From positions 25,312 to 89,311 of the IMG/VR virus record IMGVR_UViG_3300044568_003751: 64,000 bases of DNA; one strand, given 5' to 3'. The position numbers were made by a program, and so were the translations under genes. Below the pieces are notes generated by a model. That model saw only the letters and a list, made by a program, of their open reading frames with translations. It made no database searches and was not told the origin of the DNA. This document shows positions 1 through 9,983 of this stretch, piece after piece. Origin of the DNA: a virus. The first letter of the stretch is position 1. Each line of letters opens with the position of its first letter.

Positions 1-2
1 CC

Positions 3-1037
3 ATGAAGCAACTACGTGATAGTATGTTGAGTGAAACGCCACATGCGGCTTGCATACGCTGTTATGAACAAGAACAGTCGGGATTCTTTTCGGGACGTAA
101 ATCGGCTAACAAACACCACGGGCATCACATAAAAAAACTGGAAACAAACCCATTTGAAATGACCTACTGGGATATTCGTTTTAGTAACTTGTGTAACTTG
201 AAATGTAGATCTTGCGGGCATATCTTTAGTTCGCAATGGTATCAGGACCAGGCAAAACTAGCAGGACCAGAATGGAAGGATCGCAATAGTGTGCTAAACT
301 ATGCAGGTCGTACAGAAACAGACATGTGGACACAATTAGAGCCCCATTTGGACTATGTGGAACAGATTTACTTTGCAGGTGGTGAGCCATTGTTAATGGA
401 AGAACACTACCGCATTCTGGAAGAACTGGTAAAACGCAAACGTTTTGATGTACGACTAATCTACAACACCAACTTCACGCACACAGACCTTAAAGGCCGG
501 AGCGTATTTGAGTATTGGCGACAGTTTAACAGTGTAGCAGTGGGTGCCAGCCTAGATGGTATGGGACACCCTGCTGAATATATTAGAAAAGGCACCCGAT
601 GGTATGACGTTGTTCAGAATCGTCATAGAATGATTGCAACATGCCCCGACGTGGACTTTTATATCAGCCCCACACTCAGCATAATGAATGCTTGGCACCT
701 GCCAGACTTTCACAAGGAGTGGGTCTCTGCTGGATTAATTCGCGCACAGGATTTAAATGTAAATATACTGCAAGATCCTGCACACTATCGTATAGACATT
801 GCTCCTGCAGAATATAAACAACGCCTGGAAGAAAAGTATTTGAAACACCTATCCTGGATGAGCGACAGAGATCCGCTACAACGTGCCACACAAGGGTTCC
901 GGAGCGCCATTGCCTTTATGAACGCAACAGATAATACCCAACTAATAGATACATTCTGGCGCAAGACACATGAATTAGATGATATTAGAAATGAATCGTG
1001 GTCACATGCATTACCAGAATTGGCCGCATTAAAATGA
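3..1037 (+). CDS. Radical SAM protein with N-terminal twitch/SPASM-like region (5' partial)
   Basis: CNLKCRSC motif, FAGGEPLL, YNTN; upstream CxxC (CIRC); probably starts before the window. Confidence 0.85.
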   Translation: MKQLRDSMLSETPHAACIRCYEQEQSGFFSGRKSANKHHGHHIKKLETNPFEMTYWDIRFSNLCNLKCRSCGHIFSSQWYQDQAKLAGPEWKDRNSVLNYAGRTETDMWTQLEPHLDYVEQIYFAGGEPLLMEEHYRILEELVKRKRFDVRLIYNTNFTHTDLKGRSVFEYWRQFNSVAVGASLDGMGHPAEYIRKGTRWYDVVQNRHRMIATCPDVDFYISPTLSIMNAWHLPDFHKEWVSAGLIRAQDLNVNILQDPAHYRIDIAPAEYKQRLEEKYLKHLSWMSDRDPLQRATQGFRSAIAFMNATDNTQLIDTFWRKTHELDDIRNESWSHALPELAALK

Positions 1038-2251
1038 ATTTACCACAAGACAAATTTTGCGTGTTGCCCTGGATCAGCCTAGAAGCCTCACCTGTAGGAA
1101 CTGTGCGTCCATGTTGCTTGGCCGATGACGAGATACTAGATGATGCAGGCCGCAAGTTTGAATTAAGTACGGCTAACTTTCGAGACATACAAAACTCCGA
1201 TCACATGCGTCAACTACGCCAACAGTTCTTGGACAGCGAACAGCCACAAACATGCCGTAAATGCTGGTCAGAAGAACGTGCTGGTCGTACTAGCAAACGT
1301 ATGCACACACTAGACAGACTCAAGCACATGGGCATCGGGTCAGAATTCACAGCAGATGCCAAGCCACTCATGTTCTTGGATCTCAAACTGGGCAATATAT
1401 GTAATCTTAAATGTCGCATATGCGGGTCATGGTCATCAAGTCAATTTGCCGCAGAAGATATTGCACAACTACCCCGGGACGAACAGAAAAAGTCACACGC
1501 TTACACAATGCTACGGGCCGGTGCATGGCCCAGAGAAAATGATCAATTCTGGTCGGAAATAGACAATCATTTAAATGACATACGCTATATAGAATTCACC
1601 GGCGGTGAACCATTCTTGATTGACGAGCATTTTGATATGCTACAGGGCATGGTGGATCGTGGTATTGCTGATCAAGTTGAAATTCATTACAACACCAATG
1701 GCACACAATATCCCCAACGTGGGGAACAGATTTGGCGTCATTTCCGCAAGGTAGAAATTGCATTCTCTATAGATGACACAGGTGAGCGTTTTGAATATCA
1801 GCGTTCAAATGCTGAGTGGAAGCTGGTATGTGAGAACATGGATCGTTTCCGTGACTTGAAAGAAATACACGCTAATATTCATTTGCAAATCTGCACCACA
1901 GTAAATGTGTTTAACATTCGCTACATAGATCAATTGGCTGTGTGGCTGGACCGCAATACCAACAGCTTTGAATTTGTGTATTGGAATGTCATGCATGACG
2001 CTTGGTATTTCTCCGTTGCTACCCTGCCTGACACGGCCAAACTAGCACTGACCCAACATTTGTCAACAGCAGCCATTCCCCCGCGTTGGCAAGGGGAGTT
2101 TGCTAGGATTGTGGACTTTATGAATGGCGGCGCAAGCACAGATGGATTTATGTTACGCATGAAAATACAGGATCTAGATCTCAAAAGAAATACTGACTTC
2201 GCAATTAGTTGTCCTGAAATGGCTGAATTAATTGAATACAGCAGGTGTTAG
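1034..2251 (+). CDS. Radical SAM protein with N-terminal twitch/SPASM-like region
   Basis: CVLPW..PCC..CRKC then CNLKCRIC, FTGGEPF; ATGA overlap with the upstream stop. Confidence 0.85.
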   Translation: MNLPQDKFCVLPWISLEASPVGTVRPCCLADDEILDDAGRKFELSTANFRDIQNSDHMRQLRQQFLDSEQPQTCRKCWSEERAGRTSKRMHTLDRLKHMGIGSEFTADAKPLMFLDLKLGNICNLKCRICGSWSSSQFAAEDIAQLPRDEQKKSHAYTMLRAGAWPRENDQFWSEIDNHLNDIRYIEFTGGEPFLIDEHFDMLQGMVDRGIADQVEIHYNTNGTQYPQRGEQIWRHFRKVEIAFSIDDTGERFEYQRSNAEWKLVCENMDRFRDLKEIHANIHLQICTTVNVFNIRYIDQLAVWLDRNTNSFEFVYWNVMHDAWYFSVATLPDTAKLALTQHLSTAAIPPRWQGEFARIVDFMNGGASTDGFMLRMKIQDLDLKRNTDFAISCPEMAELIEYSRC

Positions 2252-2307
2252 ATTAATTTTCGATCCCGATGATCACAAAATTGCTACATATAGAAGGAAA
2301 GATTTCA

Positions 2308-3267
2308 ATGAAAAAGATATTGGTATGCGGAGCAGGAGGATTTATTGGCACACACCTTGTGCGCAGCCTACGAGCACAGGGCCATCATGTGATAGGAGCA
2401 GATTTAAAATTTCCTGAGTTTTCAGTCACCGCCGCAAATGAATTCCGTCAAGTGGACCTGCGCAATCAACAGCTGGTTGCACAATTAATCACACAAGACA
2501 TAGATGAAATATATCAACTGGCCGCAGACATGGGCGGTGCTGGGTTTGTTAATACAGGTGATAATGATGCTGACATCATGTACAATTCTGCAACTATCAA
2601 TCTCAACGTTCTAAATGAAATGGTCAAGAAAGAAGTTAAAAAAATATTCTATACCAGCAGCGCCTGTGTCTACCCAGAGCACAATCAACTTGACCCCGAC
2701 AATCCCACGTGCTCAGAAGCTAGTGCATATCCTGCTGATCCTGATTCCGAATACGGCTGGGAAAAACTGTTCAGTGAACGTCTTTATGCCAGCTTTGCCC
2801 GAAACTATGGTATTGACACACGCATAGCCAGATTGCACAATGTGTTTGGTCCATTGGGTTCTTGGTCAGACGGCAGAGAAAAAGCGCCAGCTGCTTTGTG
2901 TCGCAAAGTGCTGGCCAGCACAGGCACAGTGGATGTATGGGGGCCAGGGCATCAAACACGAAGTTTTATGTACATAGATGAATGCATTGAAGGCATCCAC
3001 AGATTAATGGCCAGTGATTACACTCAACCCTTGAATATAGGTTCAGCCAGACTGATCAGCATCAATGAACTGGTTTACATGATTGGTGATCTTTGTGATA
3101 AAAAGATCATGATTAACAATGTCACAGGGCCACAAGGTGTAATGGGTCGAGTCAGCGACAACACACAAATTCGGCGTGTGTTGGGCTGGGAACCTCCGGA
3201 CAGCCTTGAATCGGGGCTGGAACAAACATTAAAATGGATTGCTCAACAAAGCTATGCGCAAGCCTGA
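2308..3267 (+). CDS. NAD-dependent NDP-sugar epimerase (GDP-mannose 3,5-epimerase-like)
   Basis: GAGGFIG, LAADMGG, SSACVYP, YGWEK, GREKAPAA. Confidence 0.9.
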   Translation: MKKILVCGAGGFIGTHLVRSLRAQGHHVIGADLKFPEFSVTAANEFRQVDLRNQQLVAQLITQDIDEIYQLAADMGGAGFVNTGDNDADIMYNSATINLNVLNEMVKKEVKKIFYTSSACVYPEHNQLDPDNPTCSEASAYPADPDSEYGWEKLFSERLYASFARNYGIDTRIARLHNVFGPLGSWSDGREKAPAALCRKVLASTGTVDVWGPGHQTRSFMYIDECIEGIHRLMASDYTQPLNIGSARLISINELVYMIGDLCDKKIMINNVTGPQGVMGRVSDNTQIRRVLGWEPPDSLESGLEQTLKWIAQQSYAQA

Positions 3268-4543
3268 TACCATGTGTCTTGCACCCTGGGTGCATACCTA
3301 TCTTTCACCGCAGACTGAGCGCAGAATGTGTTGTGCGTCACGGGAACCTGCGCAGAATTTTGAACAGTACATAGATACTGCCGCAGGCACAGGGCGATAT
3401 ATACCCGTGACTCTTGAGGCGCACTGGAATTCAGAACACATGCGATCAGTACGGCGGCGCATGATGGCCGGAGAAACACTACCAGAATGTGAGGTTTGTA
3501 ATGACCGGTTACTCAATGTATCCGTATACCGCGATTATTTTTGGCACCTGTTCCAGGGAAGACTTGATCAAATATGGGATAACACTGAACCAGATGGATC
3601 GACTCATATGCGCCCTGTTTCATGGGATTATAGGTTTTCAAACCTGTGCAATTTCAAATGTAGAACCTGTGGCGACATGCTGTCCAGCGCCTGGGAGAGT
3701 GAACAAAAGCAGAACAACATGGTTGACTGGGCTAATCCTAAAAACAATTGGATGCGAAACGATATACGTGCCGAAATCTCACATTTTCAGGATAGTCAAA
3801 TTGAAGCCGAATTCAGTTCAGCTGTTGAGCAACACAGAGTAGAAGAAATATACTGGGTGGGTGGCGAACCCCTGATGTACGAACAGCACTGGCGTTACAT
3901 GAAACGAATCGTAGAACTAGGAGACGGGGGGAAATTATATGCTAGATACAATACTAATCTTAGCCGCGTACACTATCGCGGCATTGATCTTTTTGACGAT
4001 ATTCTCAGTCATGTTCGGGACTGGCAAATATGTGCTAGCCTGGATGGAACTGACCACATTGGGGAATATATTCGTACAGGATTGGATTATGCACAGTTCA
4101 AGCGTAATTTTGAACACGGACTACAGTACGCAACAAATGCCAGACAAATGCGTATTGATTTTACACTCACTTTGCCCGGAATGTTCGAAACGGATGCAAT
4201 ACAACAATTGGCAAAACAGTTTGGAGTAGAACTGCTGGCCAAGGTTATCTTCAGTTTCTCACCAGATATTATCTTGAGTCCTTTAGCATTACCTAGACAC
4301 ATACTAGATTCATGGATCGACGAACTAGCAGGCCGCTCCGCAGGTGCCATGCGTGATGTACTGTTACAATTAAAGACCCGGCCCACATTTGAGGAACAAT
4401 GGCCGGATCAATATCGTGCAGGGCTTGCAAAAGGCAAAGCCCGTGTGTTACAACTAGAACAAATAAGAACACAGTCAGTAACAATGACAGATATCCTGGG
4501 CAGCCGTCCAGAAGTACTAGAATGGTGGATGAAAATTGCTTGA
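3254..4543 (+). CDS. Radical SAM protein with N-terminal twitch/SPASM-like region
   Basis: CLAPW..MCC..CEVC, CNFKCRTC, GGEPL, YNTN. Confidence 0.85.
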   Translation: MRKPDTMCLAPWVHTYLSPQTERRMCCASREPAQNFEQYIDTAAGTGRYIPVTLEAHWNSEHMRSVRRRMMAGETLPECEVCNDRLLNVSVYRDYFWHLFQGRLDQIWDNTEPDGSTHMRPVSWDYRFSNLCNFKCRTCGDMLSSAWESEQKQNNMVDWANPKNNWMRNDIRAEISHFQDSQIEAEFSSAVEQHRVEEIYWVGGEPLMYEQHWRYMKRIVELGDGGKLYARYNTNLSRVHYRGIDLFDDILSHVRDWQICASLDGTDHIGEYIRTGLDYAQFKRNFEHGLQYATNARQMRIDFTLTLPGMFETDAIQQLAKQFGVELLAKVIFSFSPDIILSPLALPRHILDSWIDELAGRSAGAMRDVLLQLKTRPTFEEQWPDQYRAGLAKGKARVLQLEQIRTQSVTMTDILGSRPEVLEWWMKIA

Positions 4544-5573
4544 TACGATTGAAATAGATCTACGCAGTCAAGATAACAAAGTCTTAACTGTGTACATAGA
4601 TGTGGAAGACAACAGTTTAAGTCGTAAATGGCTCACAGCATTAAATGATATTGTTCATAATAATCTGCACTTAGAAAAGAACTACTGCTGGTTAGGCTGG
4701 ACAGAAAGTGCAAGAAACGCAGAGTATTTGTGTATACAGATCAATAGATCAATTAATGCCATTAATGCCAGCACGTTGGATTATCGCATTCAAGACTTCT
4801 TTAGCCCTGGCACAGTGATTCAAGCTGATCTAGACATTGATCATGCACGAATGAATCAACTGCACAGATACTTTGAAGATCTTCAGGGCACAGCAGGTGC
4901 CATGAGCTCGCACTACACAGCCGCAGATGATCACACACGTTGGCACATACGTCAATTGAACCTGTTGTGTCACGAACTAGAAAGTCTTGTGTTAAGTATG
5001 CGTAAGGCCGTGCAGGCACCGGAATGGCGTAGACCGTCGCAATTGATGTGCTGGTTACAGGCGCCACGCTATGAACTGGATGAACAAGACTTAGAGTTGT
5101 TTGGCATCGATACTATTAATCGTAGTTTGGGCGGTGTGTATGTGGGAGTTAATAAAGCAGTGGGCAAGCATCATTGGGAAGTGTTCTGTGACGAAGGCAG
5201 AGATTCGCGAATTGGCGAACTTGTTACCTCAGGACTACGCACACAGACTCAGGCCGCTGCGGACTTTGACATTGAATGGGCACGTGATCCCGGCGCATAC
5301 CCGTGGCAAATCACGCAGTTGGCCGAATTTCGTGAATGGCTTGCCAGGAATGGATTCAACCCAGATGATCCCGGCCTCACAATTGGTCACCCGCAGGTGG
5401 GGCAGGTTGATCTTGAAAGGTCATTTGGTACAACCAATTACCAAACAATCTGGGCACAACTAGCACAACACATGGATGTGTACTCAATTCGCACTTCAAG
5501 TGCTGGTGCTATATACAACTACAGTTGGAGTGATCCAGACTATGATCTACAACAAATTAAGGAATTAAAATGA
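4536..5573 (+). CDS. Hypothetical protein
   Basis: 345-aa ORF overlapping both neighbours (probable TTG start). Confidence 0.75.
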   Translation: MLDTIEIDLRSQDNKVLTVYIDVEDNSLSRKWLTALNDIVHNNLHLEKNYCWLGWTESARNAEYLCIQINRSINAINASTLDYRIQDFFSPGTVIQADLDIDHARMNQLHRYFEDLQGTAGAMSSHYTAADDHTRWHIRQLNLLCHELESLVLSMRKAVQAPEWRRPSQLMCWLQAPRYELDEQDLELFGIDTINRSLGGVYVGVNKAVGKHHWEVFCDEGRDSRIGELVTSGLRTQTQAAADFDIEWARDPGAYPWQITQLAEFREWLARNGFNPDDPGLTIGHPQVGQVDLERSFGTTNYQTIWAQLAQHMDVYSIRTSSAGAIYNYSWSDPDYDLQQIKELK

Positions 5574-5671
5574 AATGGATTCGCAGACTTTGGGATAGAA
5601 TTACGCTAGAATATCGTTATCGTAAAAAATTAAAAGAACTACGCAAACGAGATCCTTTTATCTACAAATGA
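5570..5671 (+). CDS. Small basic protein MKWIRRLWDRITLEYRYRKKLKELRKRDPFIYK (33 aa)
   Basis: Not in the ORF track; exactly fills the gap with ATGA overlaps at both ends. Confidence 0.75.
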   Translation: MKWIRRLWDRITLEYRYRKKLKELRKRDPFIYK

Positions 5672-7146
5672 ATATTCTTGGTATCTCTGCAGGCTTTCAT
5701 GATGCCGCTGCCACAGTTGTCTCACCTGACGGGGAGATACTGTTTGCTGCACATTCTGAGCGTTATAGCAAAAAGAAAAACGACGCTGACTTTTGTCAGG
5801 GCTTGCTAGACGAAATTCTTGAATATGGTCCTGAAACAGTTGCGTACTATGAACGCCCTTGGGCAAAACAAGCAAGACAATGGTACGCAGGCCAAGGCGT
5901 TGAATGGGACAAACTAACAACAAAACAAATATTACGTAAACAGTTGGGCGGACAAATTGAACCTGAGCGGGTACACAGTTACAATCACCATTTATCGCAT
6001 GCGGCCGCGGGCTTTCAAACCAGCCCGTTTGAACGTGCCACAGTGGTGGTAATAGATGCAATAGGTGAATGGGATACCGTCAGTATCTGGGGTGCCGAAT
6101 ATGATTCAAAAGGTCGGGCACAGTACAAGAGATTATGGCGTCAGATTTATCCACACTCAATTGGGCTGTTCTACAGTGCAGTGACCAGCCGCATTGGCCT
6201 ACACCCACTGGACGAAGAATACATCACCATGGGCATGGCAGCCTGGGGACGCAACACCTGGTATCATGACATGCGTGAACATGTTATTGCTAGTGAACGT
6301 GATCTTGAACTGCGACACAACTTTCACACAGGCATGAGCGCAGAGTTCTTGGTAGGCGCCAGTAATGAAAACATTGCAGCCGCTGGGCAGTTGGTAGCAG
6401 AAGATCTTATTCGACAAGTAATGATTCGCGCTAGAAACCTAGGTTTTAATTCAAATCTGGTATATATGGGTGGGGTGGCATTGAATTGCACAGCCAACCG
6501 AATGCTAGGAGATTACTTTGAAAATATATGGATTATGCCTTGTCCCGGTGATGCTGGTAGCAGTCTCGGTTGTGCCGCTTTGGCTCTTGGGCGTAGAATT
6601 AACTGGCGCAACAGTTATCTGGGCCATTGCATTCCAGGTGTTTATCCTGTTAACCAGTTGCTGGATCGGCTTCTTGGTGACAAAATTGTCGGAGTGGCAT
6701 CAGGCAGAGCCGAGTTTGGCCCCCGCGCACTCGGAAACCGTAGCCTCCTTGCAGATCCTAGAGGCAGCGAGATCAAGGAGAAAGTAAATGCGATCAAACG
6801 TAGACAACAGTTTAGGCCGTTTGCCCCGGTCATACTGGCTGAGGTGGCTGATGACTATTTTGATATGCCAGTGGGTTGGCATCATAGTCCTTATATGCAG
6901 TCAGTCGCTAGGTGTCGCCAGCCTAGCCTTACTCCTGCTGTATGTCATGTTGATGGTACCAGCCGAGTACAGACTGTGGCGAAAGATGGATCAGGCATAA
7001 GAGAACTACTAGAAAAATGGTATGTGCTAACAGGATGCCCTATGTTGTTAAACACGTCATTAAACATACGTGGAGAACCCATGGTCAATGATCGAGCAGA
7101 TGCCGATCGTTTTGAACAGTTATACAGCGTTAAGGTTTGCAGTTAA
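5668..7146 (+). CDS. Carbamoyltransferase, NodU/CmcH family
   Basis: HDAAA, ERYSKKK, HHLSHA, GGVALN, EFGPRALGNRS, RPFAP, HVDGTSRVQTV, LNTSLN. Confidence 0.95.
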   Translation: MNILGISAGFHDAAATVVSPDGEILFAAHSERYSKKKNDADFCQGLLDEILEYGPETVAYYERPWAKQARQWYAGQGVEWDKLTTKQILRKQLGGQIEPERVHSYNHHLSHAAAGFQTSPFERATVVVIDAIGEWDTVSIWGAEYDSKGRAQYKRLWRQIYPHSIGLFYSAVTSRIGLHPLDEEYITMGMAAWGRNTWYHDMREHVIASERDLELRHNFHTGMSAEFLVGASNENIAAAGQLVAEDLIRQVMIRARNLGFNSNLVYMGGVALNCTANRMLGDYFENIWIMPCPGDAGSSLGCAALALGRRINWRNSYLGHCIPGVYPVNQLLDRLLGDKIVGVASGRAEFGPRALGNRSLLADPRGSEIKEKVNAIKRRQQFRPFAPVILAEVADDYFDMPVGWHHSPYMQSVARCRQPSLTPAVCHVDGTSRVQTVAKDGSGIRELLEKWYVLTGCPMLLNTSLNIRGEPMVNDRADADRFEQLYSVKVCS

Positions 7147-7775
7147 TGGATTACAAAAAATTTAAATCATTTGAAAAAAGAGCACTGGACACAGTGTACA
7201 CTGAAGTTCCTGGAGGATTTCATGATGATATTATTCCAGAGATAACTCAAAGATTTTTACTTGAATTCAATCTAGACCCACAATGCAAAATTCTTGATAT
7301 TGGGTGTGGTCCGGGAATTTTTATAAAGTCGGCCCAGTCCATGGGATACAACAACGTGACTGGAGTAACACTAAGCACACAAGATGTTGATGCATGTATT
7401 TCACAAGGATTTGATGTGATACATGCCAGCATGACTGATTTGCCCATTGAGGATGCCAGTGTTGATTTTATATGGTGTAGGCACGCACTAGAACACAGTC
7501 CGTATCCATTGTTCACCTTGTTTGAATTTCATCGTGTGTTAAAACCCGATGGGCAAGTGTTTATTGAAGTTCCTGCTCCGGGCAACGAACGTGTATACAT
7601 TCATGAGTTCAACCCTAATCATTACAGCATTTTAGGTGATCGAATGTGGCAAGGATTGTTTAACAAAGCCAATTTTGAATTGGTCCAGGATTGGGTGTAT
7701 GATATCAATTTGTCGTTAGCGCACAAGATTGTCAACGAAAAATCTTATATGTTTGCACTTAGATCCAAGGGTTAA
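7146..7775 (+). CDS. Class I SAM-dependent methyltransferase
   Basis: ILDIGCGPG, RHALEH, RVLKPDG. Confidence 0.9.
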   Translation: MDYKKFKSFEKRALDTVYTEVPGGFHDDIIPEITQRFLLEFNLDPQCKILDIGCGPGIFIKSAQSMGYNNVTGVTLSTQDVDACISQGFDVIHASMTDLPIEDASVDFIWCRHALEHSPYPLFTLFEFHRVLKPDGQVFIEVPAPGNERVYIHEFNPNHYSILGDRMWQGLFNKANFELVQDWVYDINLSLAHKIVNEKSYMFALRSKG

Positions 7776-8812
7776 AGATATGTTTCTAGTCCGCCCCGGC
7801 GACGGATGTCTTGTGTACAGCATGAGATGCCGCCATCCCAGAAGTAACTGTGACGCAGTTCCGAGATAATGGGTTCAATCCGGTGCCGACGACAGTAGTC
7901 AAACACTTCTCGGTTGTATGCACTGAAGATAACGTGGCTTTCGTCTAGTACCAAGCAGTTGACATCAAACACAGTTTCAGCCACAAAACCAGTCCACTTG
8001 CTTAGATATGTGTCTACAAACTGTGTGAACTCAGGTGTGGGTGTTTGTCCTTGCACATACCAAGCACCTGGTGATTGTTCGTACTTGAACTTGCCCACTT
8101 CCATTGCGGCCCAGATTGAGCTATCCCATATCTTGCATACGTCCCAACCAGGAAAGTCTCGAGCAAGATCCAAGTTAACATCGTGCTTGGAACTCAGCAA
8201 CACTCCGGGCTTGAGAATAGCAAACACAGCATCTCCATGGCCATCAGTGATGGCTTCATGGATGCGATATTCAGGACCCAGCACGTTGTCCACAATCCAG
8301 CGGGTCTGCTCGGGCTTTAGGAAGTCCGAATTGTCAAAGAACACATCACGGCCCACACGCACAATACAACTTGCACTCGCTTGGTTAAGGATACAGTTCT
8401 TATCCCAGCCCGTGGGGCCATGTGGATTGATAACAGTACCGCCCTGGGACTCGTACTCATTGCATAGTGAATCCAGTTCCTGCATGGCCAACACACGTAG
8501 CAGTTTGTCGCCTAGTGTGATTTGCCAGTCGCGTGGAGTTAATGGAGGAAGCGGAGCACCATTGCCGTGTATCTGTCCCCGGATAAACCGATCCCGGTCA
8601 GGTAGGTCAGGACGACGTACTCGGGCACCTGACTTTTCTATTGTGCGTTGCAAGTTGGCAAGGTCTTCTTCAGTTTCCAAAAGGATTTGTTGTAGCTGAT
8701 TACGCACTTGTGCGTTCTCAATGAAGTCAAAATAATCTGGGCTGTACGCACGGCCGACTATGACTTCTTCAAGCGGTTGCCAACTTGTATAACTGTTAAT
8801 AGGATTCATCAA
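7772..8812 (-). CDS. Amidinotransferase (glycine/inosamine-phosphate amidinotransferase family)
   Basis: LEEVIVG, PRD, GHGD, FDVN, DGGISCCT(Q)DIRR catalytic Cys. Confidence 0.85.
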   Translation of the reverse strand: MMNPINSYTSWQPLEEVIVGRAYSPDYFDFIENAQVRNQLQQILLETEEDLANLQRTIEKSGARVRRPDLPDRDRFIRGQIHGNGAPLPPLTPRDWQITLGDKLLRVLAMQELDSLCNEYESQGGTVINPHGPTGWDKNCILNQASASCIVRVGRDVFFDNSDFLKPEQTRWIVDNVLGPEYRIHEAITDGHGDAVFAILKPGVLLSSKHDVNLDLARDFPGWDVCKIWDSSIWAAMEVGKFKYEQSPGAWYVQGQTPTPEFTQFVDTYLSKWTGFVAETVFDVNCLVLDESHVIFSAYNREVFDYCRRHRIEPIISELRHSYFWDGGISCCTQDIRRRGGLETYL

Positions 8813-9983
8813 TGTGCTCGAGTAGGATATTTAAGCGAGCAGTCTTGGTCTCAAGAAATAACTGCTGGTTGTGTTCTATGTCTTGTCGGACCGTGTCGAA
8901 TCTATCGGCCAAGCGATGCTGTGATTCTTTAATGGCCGCACAAAGACGCACCCAACGTTCAGTATTGTCTTTGATGCGATCATATGTGTTATCTAACACC
9001 TGGTCAAACACACGATATCCTTGATCTCTCAACAGCTCTAGACTGCCAGCACAGCCAGCAATAAAGAATAGTTGACCATGTTTGATTGGTTTGAAAGTTT
9101 TTTCTGTCAAGAACGCACCACCCGATTGATCAGCGTCCCAGTGCGTTTCAAGCACAATGTTACAATAGCTGTCCATATAATACTTGGGCACAATCATGCT
9201 GTGGTTGTTGCGGTCACTATCAGATAACTCATCATTCACATAAGGAGTTTGAGATAGAAACAGTTGTGTTGATTCGCGTAGATTTTTTATGCTGTCAATC
9301 TCAATGGGGCTATCAGCAAAATCCACAGGCTCAGTTACAGTTTCACAATAGCTCCAGTAACTGTTGTCCAGCAGTTTATTTTGCTGCAGGTTGGCCATGG
9401 CCATTGCTCGCCAGGGTTTGTGTAAACGCACAAGAGCAGTGAAGTCTCGGGAGCGAGACCGGTCATGTATTTCCAACGGAGCAACGTTGTGATTGCGTTG
9501 GTAATACCAAAGTTCAAAGTCATTGAAATAAACAAAACCAGGAATGTCACGTGCGGCAGTGTTGGCACTGACAAACACATAGCATTTCGGGGGCAACTGA
9601 TGTTGTTTGACCAACGCATCTAGTCTTTGTTTCATGCGCTCAGGATTATCTCCTTCATGGTAATAAAACAATATGCGTATGTGACTGTGCCCGAGCTCGG
9701 TAAACACACGCTCGGGCAACAGTTCAAAGTAGTCTATACCAAAGTCAAAGAAACCTAGACCAATAGGATACACAGCATCTGCTGGCCATGTATCATGCAA
9801 CCCAACAATGTTTAGATTGACCGCGTGGTGATCGCAATACTCTTGCAATCGTAACGGGATGGTATAAGGCCAGTGTGAACCAAACTCACGCCAGCTCTGA
9901 GTGTATGGTCGCCCTTCATGTGGGGCAAACGCAGGATATATTTTACCCTTGACTATTCGGTCCGCTATCAGTGTCAATGCCAT
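8796..9983 (-). CDS. Hypothetical protein, glycosyltransferase-like (TEKTFKP family)
   Basis: ET..FLTEKTFKPI..G.L..LR..GY..F C-terminal module; paralog of 9943..11064. Confidence 0.65.
   Translation of the reverse strand: MALTLIADRIVKGKIYPAFAPHEGRPYTQSWREFGSHWPYTIPLRLQEYCDHHAVNLNIVGLHDTWPADAVYPIGLGFFDFGIDYFELLPERVFTELGHSHIRILFYYHEGDNPERMKQRLDALVKQHQLPPKCYVFVSANTAARDIPGFVYFNDFELWYYQRNHNVAPLEIHDRSRSRDFTALVRLHKPWRAMAMANLQQNKLLDNSYWSYCETVTEPVDFADSPIEIDSIKNLRESTQLFLSQTPYVNDELSDSDRNNHSMIVPKYYMDSYCNIVLETHWDADQSGGAFLTEKTFKPIKHGQLFFIAGCAGSLELLRDQGYRVFDQVLDNTYDRIKDNTERWVRLCAAIKESQHRLADRFDTVRQDIEHNQQLFLETKTARLNILLEHIDESY

Noticed and set aside
7914-8699. 261-aa + strand ORF
   Set aside because: Antisense shadow of the amidinotransferase; Ser-rich with no motifs.
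5668-8812. Saxitoxin gene cluster
   Set aside because: No sxtA-like PKS or other core sxt genes; the context is sugar metabolism.
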